DNA from: Macrostomum hystrix
Taxonomy: Eukaryota > Animalia > Platyhelminthes
DNA length: 64,000 nt
Direction of reading: 5' to 3'
Assembly (NCBI GenBank): GCA_950097015.1
Contig: CATNEN010000041.1
Span: 310,001-374,000 of the forward strand
Part shown: positions 40,401 to 52,443 of the stretch, one piece after another
Layout of the letters: each line of letters opens with the position of its first letter
Numbering within the stretch: position 1 is the first letter of the stretch
Made by a program: the position numbers and the translations under genes
Notes under the pieces: generated by a model
Database searches by the model: none
What the model was told of the DNA's origin: nothing
Seen by the model: the letters and a program-made list of their open reading frames with translations, nothing else

Positions 40401-43400
40401 CGAGGCAGGAAATGGACGTGGCTGATCCAAATGAATTATGCAGGCAGGGTGGGCAGCCGTGCACAGCGGCAAAGGGAAACAGAGACTTGGCTGTCCAGGC
40501 TCCAGCCCCTGGCCTGGAAGCCCAAGACACAGAAAACTGGTCTAGGCCAGTTCAATAGCAGAGGGGGGAGGCCAGGTAGCTCTCTAGGAAACCAGTTCTG
40601 TTCCCCGATCGGCCTGGCTTAACAAAGAGAGCACAGCACAGCACAGCGTGACGACTTGTTGCGACCTGATTGAAATTCGGCTAGCCAAGAGACCGAAAGT
40701 AAGCAGTGTCACATTTACCCAACACTAAAATTTATGCAGTGTTTTCTATAGGCAAGAAATTTTCCGCTTCCACTCCGCCGGATACATGCACGACAGCTGC
40801 GCCTTCGAGTTTGGCTAAGACTACTAACCATATTGGCAAGCCTCAACTCGGTACAGCTAAATTAAAAACACTTCAACCCTTTGAGGCTTGTCCCGCACTC
40901 TAGACTGGCGCCAAATGATTAACTCGACTCTGGGAGTGGAAGCAATCACAGCTTTTATCTGTTTCGTGTGTCTGCCAAAGGCCCCGGCCCCCGAAGTATG
41001 TCGAAAGCAACAGTGGAAGGACTAGCAGCCAATCTGGGATCCTGGGTAGGGAACTCATGAGCGTCAGAAACTCACCCTCAACAGCGTTGGTTGAGAAGAA
41101 AGCCAGGTTCTTGGTCTCGAGTGGGTTCTGGTTGGTGTACTCGGGAGTGCGCGACTGCGGCTCGGACTCGCCAGTCAGACAGGAGTTGTCCACCTTAAAG
41201 CCGTGCGACGTGATGATGCGAATGTCGGCAGGGATTCGGTCGCCCATCCGGACTTCGACAATGTCGCCGATCACAAGCTCCTCGGAGGGCACGTTGAGCT
41301 TCTGGCTGCCGCGGATGACCATGGCGTGCTGCGGCACCATCTTCTTGAAGCTCTCCATGATCTTGGCGGACTTGGCCTCTTGATAGTAGGAGAAGATGCC
41401 AGTCACCACCACCACGAAGGTGAGCACAATGCCCAAGTAAAGGTTGTCACCAGGTGGGTTCTCGTAGGCTCCGGTCTGCACAGTGAATGAGCAGTTAATA
41501 AGAAGGCTTTAAGTGTGTGGCAAAAGTACAAAATGAAAGGCACAAAATTCAGGACCAAGCCTATGGGGCAGTGACAAATCCTTGAAGGACCAAGTATGAG
41601 GTATGGTTAGCACTGCAGCAATGAAGCACAACTAGCCTGAATGCCGTAGGCCACAAAGCAGAGGATGGCTCCAATCCACAGCAGCAGGGAGAAGCCGCCA
41701 AACAGTGTCTTGCAGAACTTCACCCACTCTGGCGTTGTCTTGGGCGGTGTCAGCTCATTGCGGCCATACTTGATCAGCCTCTGAGCCGCATCTGCCACAG
41801 TGAGGCCGGAGGTGGGGTTGGTCTCCAGGCGACTATACAGCTCTTGGATGTCAACAGAATGCTCGTCCATGTCCAGCTCCTGCTTCAGGTCCTCAAGCTT
41901 GGCCTTACCGGCCTTCTTCTTGTCCGCCTTGCTCATCTAAGAAGTGAGTAATGTTGTTTTGTGTAGGTGGATTGCATATAGAATGACTTACTTGATATAG
42001 GTCTCTATATTTTACATATATAGCAGCTATTTTTACTAATATAATATATGACTTAGAATCAGAATGAACATTTTAGTATAGATAAATTGATATTAAATGT
42101 ACAGCTATACAATAAATATACAATTTATATTTTACTTTTTATCACAGCTCAAAGAAATTCATTGGAGTTTAAAAGAAGTGTTTTAATGTAAATTAATCTA
42201 CAACTTATTGCTAAGATACATTTAGTTACTCACAATAGAAGCACAAATTAATACGAGGGTTGTCCGGCCAAAAATAGGACTGCTCAAATATTACTTCAGC
42301 TATGTGAGATATGAATCTGAAAATCGATAATAATATTTTTCAATGTCTATGGACATAACTCCTCAAAAAACTACAGCAGCGCATTTATGGTTACTTGACA
42401 CTGCTTAAGGCAAGCTTTTGCCTATCGCACACCCCTACGACATTTCCTAGCACTTATCTTACCACTTACGATGGTTAAACAGCGCGAAATCGTTGTTGAC
42501 TGCTTCAAGGCCGGGAGATCGGCCAAGGAGTGCATGCAGCACCTGCAGGCCATCTACGGCAGCGAAGCCTTGTCGCGGAGCCAAGTGTATTACATATTTG
42601 AACAGCTTCGTGAAGGTCACGATGGCTCTGTTGGCAGAGGTAACCATCGTGATCCAACTGTTAGGACGCCAGCGAATGTGGCGATGGTTGAGGAGCTGGT
42701 CAGCGACGACAGGCGTCTCACTGTCAGGGAACTGTCCGACTTGACTGGCATATCGAAGACAACTGTTGACGAGATTCTGACCAAGGATCTGCAGCTCAAG
42801 CATGTGTCAGCAAGATGGGTGCCGCACCTTCTGACTGAGGAGAACCGAGCTGAGCGAGTTCGCTGCGCCAAGAACTTCTATCGCCTGATGCGCAGCAATC
42901 CCGGCTTCCTTGATCGAGTCATCACTGCTGATGAGACATGGCTGCACTATGTGACCCCAGAGACCAAGGTTCAGTCGAAGCAGTGGGTTCCGCGTGCAGC
43001 TGCGGCCCCAACAAAAGCGCGGGTGTCGCGCAGTGCCAAGAAGACCATGGCCATTGTGTTCTTCGACTCGAGCGGGCTGGTGTACACGCATTATGTGCCA
43101 AATGGACTGACGGTCAACAGCCAGTACTACTGTGAGGTCCTGGACACTCTGCAAGATCATATCAGCCGCAAGAGGCCGCAGCTGGCGCGAAGAGGCTGGT
43201 TCCTCCATCATGACAATGCCCGCCCCCACGTGTCAGCGTTGACCCAGCAGTTCCTGGAGAGGCGAGGCATTCAGACTGTGCCACATCCGCCGTACTCCCC
43301 GGACTTGGCCCCATGCAACTTTTGGCTATTTCCTAAAGTCAAAGCCGCGATCGCTGGCGCCCGTTTTGACTCCCTACAGGAGGTCAAGAATGCTTGGGAG

Positions 43401-44791
43401 GGGGTCACGACCCCTATGCCTGCGTCTAGCTTCGCTTAGGCCTTCGACAAGTGGCTGGTGAGGTGGGAGCGGTGTCTGGAGAAAGGTGGCAACTTTGTTG
43501 AGAAGTGACTCAAGTTTCGTTTTGTTTGCATGCATTGTTGCTGAGTTATTAAAGCAGTCCTATTTTTGGCCGGACAACCCTCGTATTTGTCATTTTCTTT
43601 CTTTTCTAAATCACATTTCTTTCTTATTAAAAAAAACTGGTAGTTAGTACAATCTATATTATACTGTGACAAATACATTTTAGTCAACATATGCATATTT
43701 GATGCATACATTTAAATAAATGAAAATTATAAGATTGCAAAGTTTTAGGACAAAAATCTCATGTCTAATAATTAGTAGCAAAATTGTAAATAAACAAATT
43801 TTACTGTTGTTTACACAACTAATAAGCAAATATATAACAGTGTTTTTTTTCAATAATGTTAGAGTCATTATACAATTAGAGACATTTTTGTATAATTTTG
43901 ATAAAACATTATTACCTAAATTTGCTGTGCAAATGACAAAAATACAAAGTCTAGCTACTTATTTATCACATAAATAATTTCCTAATAATGAAGATGACTA
44001 TCAATATGGCAATAATTTTTATTTTAGTCTCTGATTTGACTAAGGGACCCTATTCACATATTTGCTGAAACTATTCACTAAAAAACTAGCAGTAAAAATT
44101 ACAATGGCTAGGCTTTTTTGCATTTTTAATTATTGTATTTATGAAATATAATATTTAAAGGCTACAAAAATAGACTAATTAAAAACCCATAAAGCATGCT
44201 AAGGAAAGTGTTTATTTTAATCAAGACAACATTTCGAGAGCACTCAGTAAATACAAAAAAATAATAAGTATCCCTAATTTATTTTTATGTCAATTAAGTA
44301 GGTTAAAGTTGGTAGTAATACCTTAATATCCTTAAATAGATTTACTGACTCCTCTGACAATGAGAAACATAGACAATAGACATTCATCTTAATAATACAT
44401 CCATTATAGCTATATATAGCCCCAACTAGCATTTATTGACGATAAAATTTGCACTAATTTATGATTTGAGTGTACATATGAGTGAACATATACTGATGAT
44501 AAATAAAGCAAATGTATATCCATTTTTATTTCAAGGTTTATAGAATAAGATACAAAAACAAAGCAGTCCATTCACTACAGCATAGTAATGCAATCGCAGA
44601 TAAAAAAGCGCAAGCAACAAACAAAGAAAGAAATTAGGAAAGACCTGCAATTATTTTCCTAATGATGTTCTATGTTCAGAACTGAGTCTGAGGAACAGTT
44701 AATGTTTAAAATGCAGAATATTAAATTGTAATTTTATAAAATATTTATTTTATACATCATAAATGCTATTTTTACTTACTTGGTCAGCCAT
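34409..44791 (-). CDS. ATP1A: Na+/K+-transporting ATPase alpha subunit (P2C), complete, 1009 aa
   Basis: Seven exons: 44780-44791, 41637-41936, 41076-41475, 37334-37714, 36212-36909, 35200-36081, 34409-34765 (3030 nt, in frame). Motifs: [58 protein letters not shown]-terminal ETYY. Confidence 0.96.
34826..35145. repeat. 29-bp minisatellite (GATCTGGGAAACTGACTGCTCAGCATGGA) in ATPase intron 6
   Basis: Period 29 (34861 to 34890). Confidence 0.95.
37765..37935. repeat. 22-bp minisatellite (GGGGTAATGACCGATTGATAAC) next to the acceptor of ATPase exon 4
   Basis: Direct inspection. Confidence 0.88.
42254..43583 (+). mobile_element. Full-length mariner (Tc1/mariner DD34D family) DNA transposon, TA target duplication
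   Basis: Perfect 31-bp TIRs CGAGGGTTGTCCGGCCAAAAATAGGACTGCT (42254-42284 / 43553-43583) flanked by TA at 42252-53 and 43584-85; 1330 bp; antisense within ATPase intron 1. Confidence 0.96.
42471..43508 (+). pseudogene. Mariner transposase with premature stop and D-to-N at the third catalytic residue
   Basis: [24 protein letters not shown] and [10 protein letters not shown] (normally CDF). TAG at 43437-43439 interrupts a frame that continues [22 protein letters not shown] to TGA at 43506-43508. Confidence 0.9.
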
Positions 44792-47149
44792 GGTGCTGAG
44801 ACGGACAAGTCTGGTTAAACCTTTACTTTGCAGTTATACGTGTAACCCAGTAGAGGTGGACAATCGGGACCGATTTGTTTTTATACGTTTGTAAGGGCGC
44901 CCTTCTTAATAACAACTACCGTGGGAATAGTCGTAATTTCGTGCCATAAAACCCGGAATACGTTTTGAATAAATTGTATACGCTTAGTCTTTTTTGACAG
45001 AGGACTAGAATACGAGAAATCATTTCATCCAACTTATGCATTATCTAACGTATATGAAACACGATTTGTTCTACACAGTTCTGAAATATGTGTTTTTTTG
45101 ATCAATTCAAATATTAAATATAACCCCAGCGTTCAATATAATTGACAGCTTATACCCTCTCGTCTATACATATACAAGCTATATGACTTTGTTTAACACA
45201 GTAATAGTATCAATATAGGATATTATTAACTGTTCTGTAGTACAATATAGTGAGAGTTCTAAATTTCAAGCATTTCATACGAGATAATTATAGTCATAGT
45301 TCATCTCTTACTCGTATTTTAACATTTTTCTCTCCTGAATCTATAGACAAAGATAAGTACAAAAAATATGTAATCAAAATGATCCCCTTTCTCGCGACTA
45401 TAATCGATCACTAACCTAATTAATAGCCTCATCAGCTTTTTCAATATTCATGGCAACAAAAGTTAAGTCATAACAACAATCAAGCATAATATGTTACACT
45501 CCTGGAATGCTAGCTCTGACTTCAATCTTGAAGCCTGCAACCTCATATATGCTACTTTCCATTCCTCAAGTGTGGATCCATCAGTCCACTTTATTTATTT
45601 GTTGAGCTCCTCAGAAAGGCAATTAGAAAAGCGATGAATTCAAAATCCCCACCCATAGCGTGATAGTGTTTCAGAGCTTGGGCTTTTTGTGTGTTTGTAC
45701 TGTAATAATTGGCTATATATGCAAGTCTATTTCTCGATGCCACTTTGCTCATAAAACTTTCTCTGCGCTTGTGTTAGTCTATGCATATAGCGCAATTTTC
45801 AGGCCAGGAGAAGTCGGCTTGATTATCCAAAAATACCGTTTGATAGAGACTCGATGGATAAATCAGTGTGCTGTACGGGATTAATATAGCTTGGTCTCAC
45901 AATGACAACACACAATGACACAATGACAACGACACTAATGTGTTGCTAAATCTTAGTCCTGTTTTTATAACACTTATAGCTATGGTATAGCGTTGAGGTT
46001 AACTAAAAGTATATTAGGACTTGTAAATTAGAACTATAATGGATATTTAACGATGGGCAGCTCATGTAATTTTATACATTATTTGTTTAAAAGAGCAGCA
46101 TTTTGTTCCATCAACAAAAGTTAAAGGCCTTGCATGATTTTTTGCATTGCATAGCTCGGTAAAGTACTTTCCATTTTGCGTGCTAAACAACTTATCTAGA
46201 TGTTAAGTGGCTTTTCTTTGCTGTGGACCGTTGTCGATTGAATAAAACGTCACTGGGACGTTCATTCACATTCCAAGTCCTTCCACCGAGTTGTCCATCT
46301 CAGGCGCTGTCGCATCACGCAACCGCGGGGTTGAATCCGACGCCGTGGTCGGCATTGATCCCCAGTCAGCCGCTCAGAACTGGGATAAATGCCAGACAAT
46401 TTCAAACAGTATCAATTAATTAATGCATTGATTTGTTGCATTCGATGCGACTCGAATTCAATGCTGAGCTCAAGCAGGCTCTCGGGCTCAGAGAACTCGG
46501 AGTCCCTCTCAGCTGGCTAAAAGTGACACCTGAAGTATGATGGACAGCGCATAGAATAGCCTTCGCCATTTCAGAAGCTCACCTTCAACTTGTTTCTAAG
46601 AGGTAGGAAAATACCCCTGCGTGATGGTGCTATGGACACAACAGCATGTAACAATCGACCAGGCTGCGACCAATTAGAGCCACGGCATGCTGGCGTGCCG
46701 ATCGATGGCGCTCCTCAATCCCGAGCTCGAAGGTTGCGAGAGGAAGTCCAGCACGCACCCTGTTGAATTGTTCCATGAGGGAATTTTCTAGCGTCCAGGT
46801 TCTGCAACAATGCATGGTCTCCACCCTCTTGGGCACTAACAAATCGAAAGGTGGCCTGTGGGTGAGTTGTTTGCTTCTCTACCAAGTTCCTTGAGCAGGA
46901 TTACGCGGCGAGGCCGCATTCATTGGTGCTTGCAGCCGCCGAGAGAAGGCTTGGGGGCTTGTCGTGCAATTTATGCCCTTGAGGGCCAACCTCCAAGGCA
47001 CAGGAAAGTGTACACTGCCTGAGGATGAGAAATTCAGGGCAGATGTACACACCAGTGTGAGTGTGTGCCTGCGTACGGAATTCTGCGTGCGTCTGTTTTC
47101 AGGAGCCAGCGAAGTGGGCAGAATTGCCTCCTCGCAGGCTGAGGGTCTA

Positions 47150-47159
47150 GTGACGTCAC
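47150..47159. promoter_or_regulatory. Palindromic CRE/ATF-like site GTGACGTCAC upstream of the ATPase
   Basis: Motif match only; ~2.4 kb upstream of the ATPase start codon. Confidence 0.2.
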
Positions 47160-47827
47160 CAAATAATGTGCCATTGCCCGCAGCCCCCCTGCCATTATTT
47201 TTATTACTTCGTATTCAGGGAATCCCGCAGAAACGACGCAGATCTTTGTGGCCGTCAGTCACATCCGCATCCACATCGTCCTCTGCAGGGAAGGCACTTC
47301 GTTGCACGTAGTCACCAGTATCGTCACCAGCTATCTAATAGATACGAATTGATATTATAGCTTCACCTGTGATAGGTATCTTTAACCTGCCAATTGAAGG
47401 GCTGTAGGTAGCACGAGCACGAATGAAGGTTTCAAGGACGAGCTCACAATAATGCTTTGCTCGCAAACGTCGTGATGTCCATTTGTGCAATTGATTTTGC
47501 TCTGAGTAGTAACATGGGCTGGGGGGAGAATCATATCGCAAGTCATTCAGTGAAGCGCTTTAATCGATCAACTGGACCATATTGGATTGCTAATTAAATG
47601 CAGGGCTCTCGTGTATATTTAAATAACAAAACATTAACAACGTGCTGCGAATGGTGCTTGCTGGCAAAGGGTACAAAATTCGGTCTTGCTCACGTGACAA
47701 ATCTGCCGGCAAGAGTTTCCGTGAGGCTCTGAATGAAGTCAAGAATTTTCATGCCGGGATGCCGCAAAACACTAAACTTGCTCATAGGTTGCACTCTCGG
47801 CATGCCAAAACATGACTCTGACTCAGG

Positions 47828-49791
47828 TCAGGGGAACTGGCACAGCTCTGCCTGCTGGCCGCTCCAACGAGGGCAACCAAAAGCACTTCTGAACTCGGCC
47901 AGGCCGACCACTGCCGCGTTCAACACCTCCCGTTCGGCGGAAAGTACGCCAGAGGTACCATGCGAGCACTGCGACTGCGCCCAGTTGGCGAAGAACAGCC
48001 GCAGTCCACCGTCCAGGCCGGATGGTGAGGCCGAAGGGTCCGAGAAAGCGCCAGTTGACTTCGAAGTCCCATCGCCCAGCACGGCCAGGGCGGCCAGAAG
48101 TCCGGCCCGGCGTGCCACCAAAGCACCAGTGAGGCTGGCAGGGCTGCCTGGTGGCAGGAGGCCGGCGAAGCAGCGGAATGCCTCCTCGGCCATTTGAGCG
48201 CTCTTGGTGGAGTACACGCTGTGCAGGTTGGTCGATGGCTCGATGGCGCCGGCGAACAGAGACTCAGCAATGCGCGCGCCGGCGAAGGAAAGCACGACTT
48301 CCGGAGGGTAGCTGCGGTGCAGCAGAGGTGGCTGCAGGACAGTCAGGGGCACCAGCACGGAGGCATCTGCAGGCCGAAAGCAGATGCACGTGGCTGAAAC
48401 AGCCGGACCGCAGTTGTGAGCGGAGCACTCATGATCTGGGCTGTGGCTGCCGGTGCTCGCTTGTGTCTCAGGCGGCTGGACGATGAGGCGAAGGCTTGCT
48501 AGTCGAGCCAGTATGGCCAGACGGGTGTGGCTGCTCAGCCGGGTCGAAGCGTGCGCTGCAGCTGCCAGCCGGCTAGACACGGCCTCAAAGACGCTGGAGA
48601 GGCGGGCTTGCATTACCCAGGTCGGCGCCTCTGGCTGAAGAGTTGAGCTTGCCTCTCTAGCGGCTGCAGCAGCCATTCTTGACAGGCTGCGCTTACCAAG
48701 ACGGCCGCAGGCGAAGGCATGGAAGTCCTGGCAAGGATCAGCACTGACGTTGGCGAAATTGCGTAGCCGCTCGTCGAGTTGCTGCCGCTCGAGCGAGTAT
48801 GATTCAGCCAGATCGTTCGACGATCCGGCTGCCTCGGAGGTGGCTGCGGAGGCGGCTGCCAATGTGGGCCTGGCGGCAACAGCCGCCCTGGTGCTGGCCG
48901 CCAGGTGCATGCCCAGCAGGACGGCCCCCAACGCCAGGAGCGAGCCAGCCACGCAGCACAGGCCGACACTCAGGCCCACCAGAGGCCAGCAGGCGTTGGT
49001 TGTCGACGCACCGCCTCGGGAGCCTCGACGACGTCGAACGTCACGTCGGCTTGTGAAGTCTTCTGCGATTTCAGTCTCCACCGCAGTCTGACTGAAAGAG
49101 CATTGAAGCTGCATGCCTGGCACCGTGGATGACGCAGCGGTTGAGGAGGTGGCCGAGACGGCTGCGTCCGGGTTGTGAAGAACCAGAGGTGTCTATAAGG
49201 GTTGAGTGCGTTGAGTTTAGATAAAATCTTGCTCAGCAACGCTCGACATATATTCGTTTTCTACCCTTCCTGAACAATTAAACTTGCAATTATTCCTATA
49301 AATACAGCTTATAATCGAAAGGCGACAACCAATCGTACTCAAATGAATTCCATTGCGAAGTGGATGATAGTTAGGACTAGGGGACTCACCGAGCACCGCG
49401 CCTCGTCTGGGAGCTGTCGGTTGGCGTGGGAGCAGGCAACGGTCGGCAGCCCCATCGGCAAGAGCACGTAGGAGTTGCCGCAGCTGCCGCCACCGTTGCC
49501 GCGGGTCACTTGACGCCGCCATCGTTGCGTGGAGCTGCCACCGCCGCAGCTACTTGGCAATGAGCCCACAATTGTCGATGTTGCGGAGGAGCCGATTGGG
49601 GTCGATGGAAATCGCTGCAACGGCAGCTTGGCGACATGGCTCGGAGAGCAATGGCATGAATCGGTTGTGTCAGCTGTGTCCACGACTGCTGCAGTTGCCG
49701 CAGCTGCCATGGCTCGATACTCAGAGCAACGACAGCAGTACATGGAAGACTCCCGGAAGTGCTCCTCGTAGCACTGGCAAGACGTCGACAT
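47828..49791 (-). CDS. Neprilysin/ECE (M13) family homologue, shortened and catalytically dead, type II membrane protein (588 aa predicted)
   Basis: Exon 1 49390-49791 (ends TCG|GTGAGT); exon 2 47828-49192 (after TAG acceptor, phase 0). TM WPLVGLSVGLCCVAGSLLALGAVLLG; DPCQDFHAFACG; LQPP; FFANWAQSQC; VLNAAVVGLAEFRSAFGCP. The HExxH position reads ESLFA. Confidence 0.78.
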
Positions 49792-49867
49792 GGGGACTAT
49801 TGGCGCCTCTGACTTTGCTTCGATTCTTCGATCTAAAATGAGGAGGGCATTTGTGCATTTCAACAGG

Positions 49868-50310
49868 ACTCATCTTGGGCACCGAGACTCAGGACTCATG
49901 GGCACCGAGACTCAGGACTCATGGGCACCGAGACTCAGGACTCATGGGCACCGAGACTCAGGACTCATGGGCACCGAGACTCAGGACTCATGGGCACCGA
50001 GACTCGATTAGGACTCATGGGCACCGAGACTCAGGACTCATGGGCACCGAGACTCAGGACTCATGGGCACCGAGACTCAGGACTCATGGGCACCGAGACT
50101 CAGGACTCATGGGCACCGAGACTCAGGACTCATGGGCACCGAGACTCAGGACTCATGGGCACCGAGACTCAGGACTCATGGGCACCGAGACTCAGGACTC
50201 ATGGGCACCGAGACTCAGGACTCATGGGCACCGAGACTCAGGACTCATGGGCACCGAGACTCAGGACTCATGTGCACCGAGACTCAGGACTCATGGGCAC
50301 CGAGACTCAG
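49868..50310. repeat. 23-bp minisatellite (CTCATGGGCACCGAGACTCAGGA)
   Basis: Direct inspection; 23-aa periodicity in the ORF track. Confidence 0.96.
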
Positions 50311-50896
50311 CAACAGTTTCTAAAATTCAGTTTTTTTAAACGCTGCGTAAAGATTAACTAACTTGTGCGGGCTGTTCAAACCGCATTTAACTGGCTCCTT
50401 GGCATCCATCGATGAAGATTTTCCATTTTCAGCTATCAGCCTTTGACATCTGTGTCAAATCTGAAAGTTCTGTTGACATTCCAATGCGGCTCAAATGTTG
50501 CTCTCTATTTCAGTTTTGCTTTTTTCTAATCCCCTGCTAATCCTCTACAATGGCTTCAACTTGCCCGCCCCATCAGGCCGGCGCTCGCTCAGCCAGCGGA
50601 GGCATGAATTATTTGGTGAAGGCACCACCGCACTGAGCAGGGAGCAAGTGGTTGTGCTGGGGCCGGACCGGAATACTTTTGTTAGTTTAGATTTCACAGC
50701 TTCCCCGCCTCAGCGTGCAACCAATGCGGCAACGCCTTCAGGACATGAGTTTCGACACTTGTAGCCACTCCATCGGACTGGCGCATTAATCATTAATTAG
50801 CTGGGACTCACACCTAGCTAATGAATGGCGGTGAAGGACTTTCGTCCTACAGGGTTTAAACTCGTGCAACTTGCGCCCCCCCGAAGGCTCCACCCG

Positions 50897-51146
50897 GTGT
50901 TCTCAATATCAAGTGTTCTCAATATCAGTGTTCTCAATATCAGTGTTCTCAATATCAGTGTTCTCAATATCAGTGTTCTCAATATCAGTGTTCTCAATAT
51001 CAGTGTTCTCAATATCAAGTGTTCTCAATATCGGTGTTCTCAATATCAGTGTTCTCAATATCAGTGTTCTCAATATCAGTGTTCTCAATATCAGTGTTCT
51101 AAATATCAGTGTTCTCAATATCAGTGTTCCCAATATCAGTGTTCTC
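50897..51146. repeat. 15-bp minisatellite (CAGTGTTCTCAATAT)
   Basis: Direct inspection. Confidence 0.95.
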
Positions 51147-52443
51147 GGGAGTTCGCGGAATTCTCAGTTGCATCATCGGTGGCTTTGACCAGAGAGAGTG
51201 ATTGATCGGGGCTCATATTTATGCTGTTGGTAGCGATTTAAGCAATTCGTGAGTAGAAATACAGGCTCCCTCCTGATCTGGAATTACCTGAAAAAACACA
51301 TTGAGTCACTTACCACAGATGGAGAGCTTTCGCTTTCGCGGGCTAACAAGGACTCAGACTGGCCTCTCATCTGCAGAGGCTCTTTGCTCAGCTCTTCACT
51401 GCCTGCTCGCACCGTGCTGATCCCAGGGCACTGGTTCTCGGCTGTTCAGCCAATCGCGCTGCGTCTGTCCACTTTCGTCTGCCAATTAACGAATTTGCCA
51501 CCCGTTCCGGCCAAAAAGCAGCATCAATAAATCACTGCTATTGGAGGAGCGGGTGAAGCCGCTGCCAGCCGCGCCCTTTATAGCTGACCACAGCAATGGC
51601 AGACTGATGCTCCCAATTCCTAGCTGGGCACAAAACTGCTGCGGCAACCCGCAGTCGTCAAGAAAGCTACTTAAGCGAAGAATGCTTTGTCCCAGGAAAG
51701 TGCAACGTGTCGGTTTGTCACCGCCTAAATGCAGCATGGGCTTCTTGGTACATTTAGTGATGGGCTCAAGCGTTTGGTTTAAGTGAGACGACGGACTCAG
51801 AACTTCTCAGACTTCTTCAATCCTATAGAGAATCAACAAACTCCTTAAAGAGAAGGTTATTTTGCCATCTCACCCATGAGCCGTGTTGAAAATCATGCAA
51901 GCTGTGGGACTTCGATGACTGTTTGTGAGAATCCGTCAGTCTTGAGGTTGTGAGGATTAAACGAATAGGTTTCAAGATTACCAGCAGCTTCCTGTTGATT
52001 GTCCCACGCATTGAAATCCTCAAGGGACACCCCGCAATCCTCGCCTGAACGCCCCGCGTCTCGGTTTCCCATCCGTCCGAAATTGGAGCGCACCGGCGAA
52101 CCCCTTTAATGCATTCGCTGCAGCAATTATTAAACTCTGATGAAGTCACAGGGCTCAGAGATCCCACCTGGAGAGCACGCACGCATGCTCACTTTCCCAC
52201 TGCAGATCTGCATTCTTGCCTGACTGAGAACAGGCTGCAGCGTGCTGAACGCCAGCAACTCTCGTCACTTGAATTGTCTATTGTCTACTCTTAACTCACG
52301 AGTTGAATGGCTTGAGGCCACTAGGGCCGCCCTCCGAGTGCCCACCACCCCAAGGTCTTAACAAAAACAGACGGGCTGGGCTCCTATTTAAATTGCGCAG
52401 GAAGGTGCGAGTCCGAGTGCGCGCCACGTGCAAGGCAATAACG

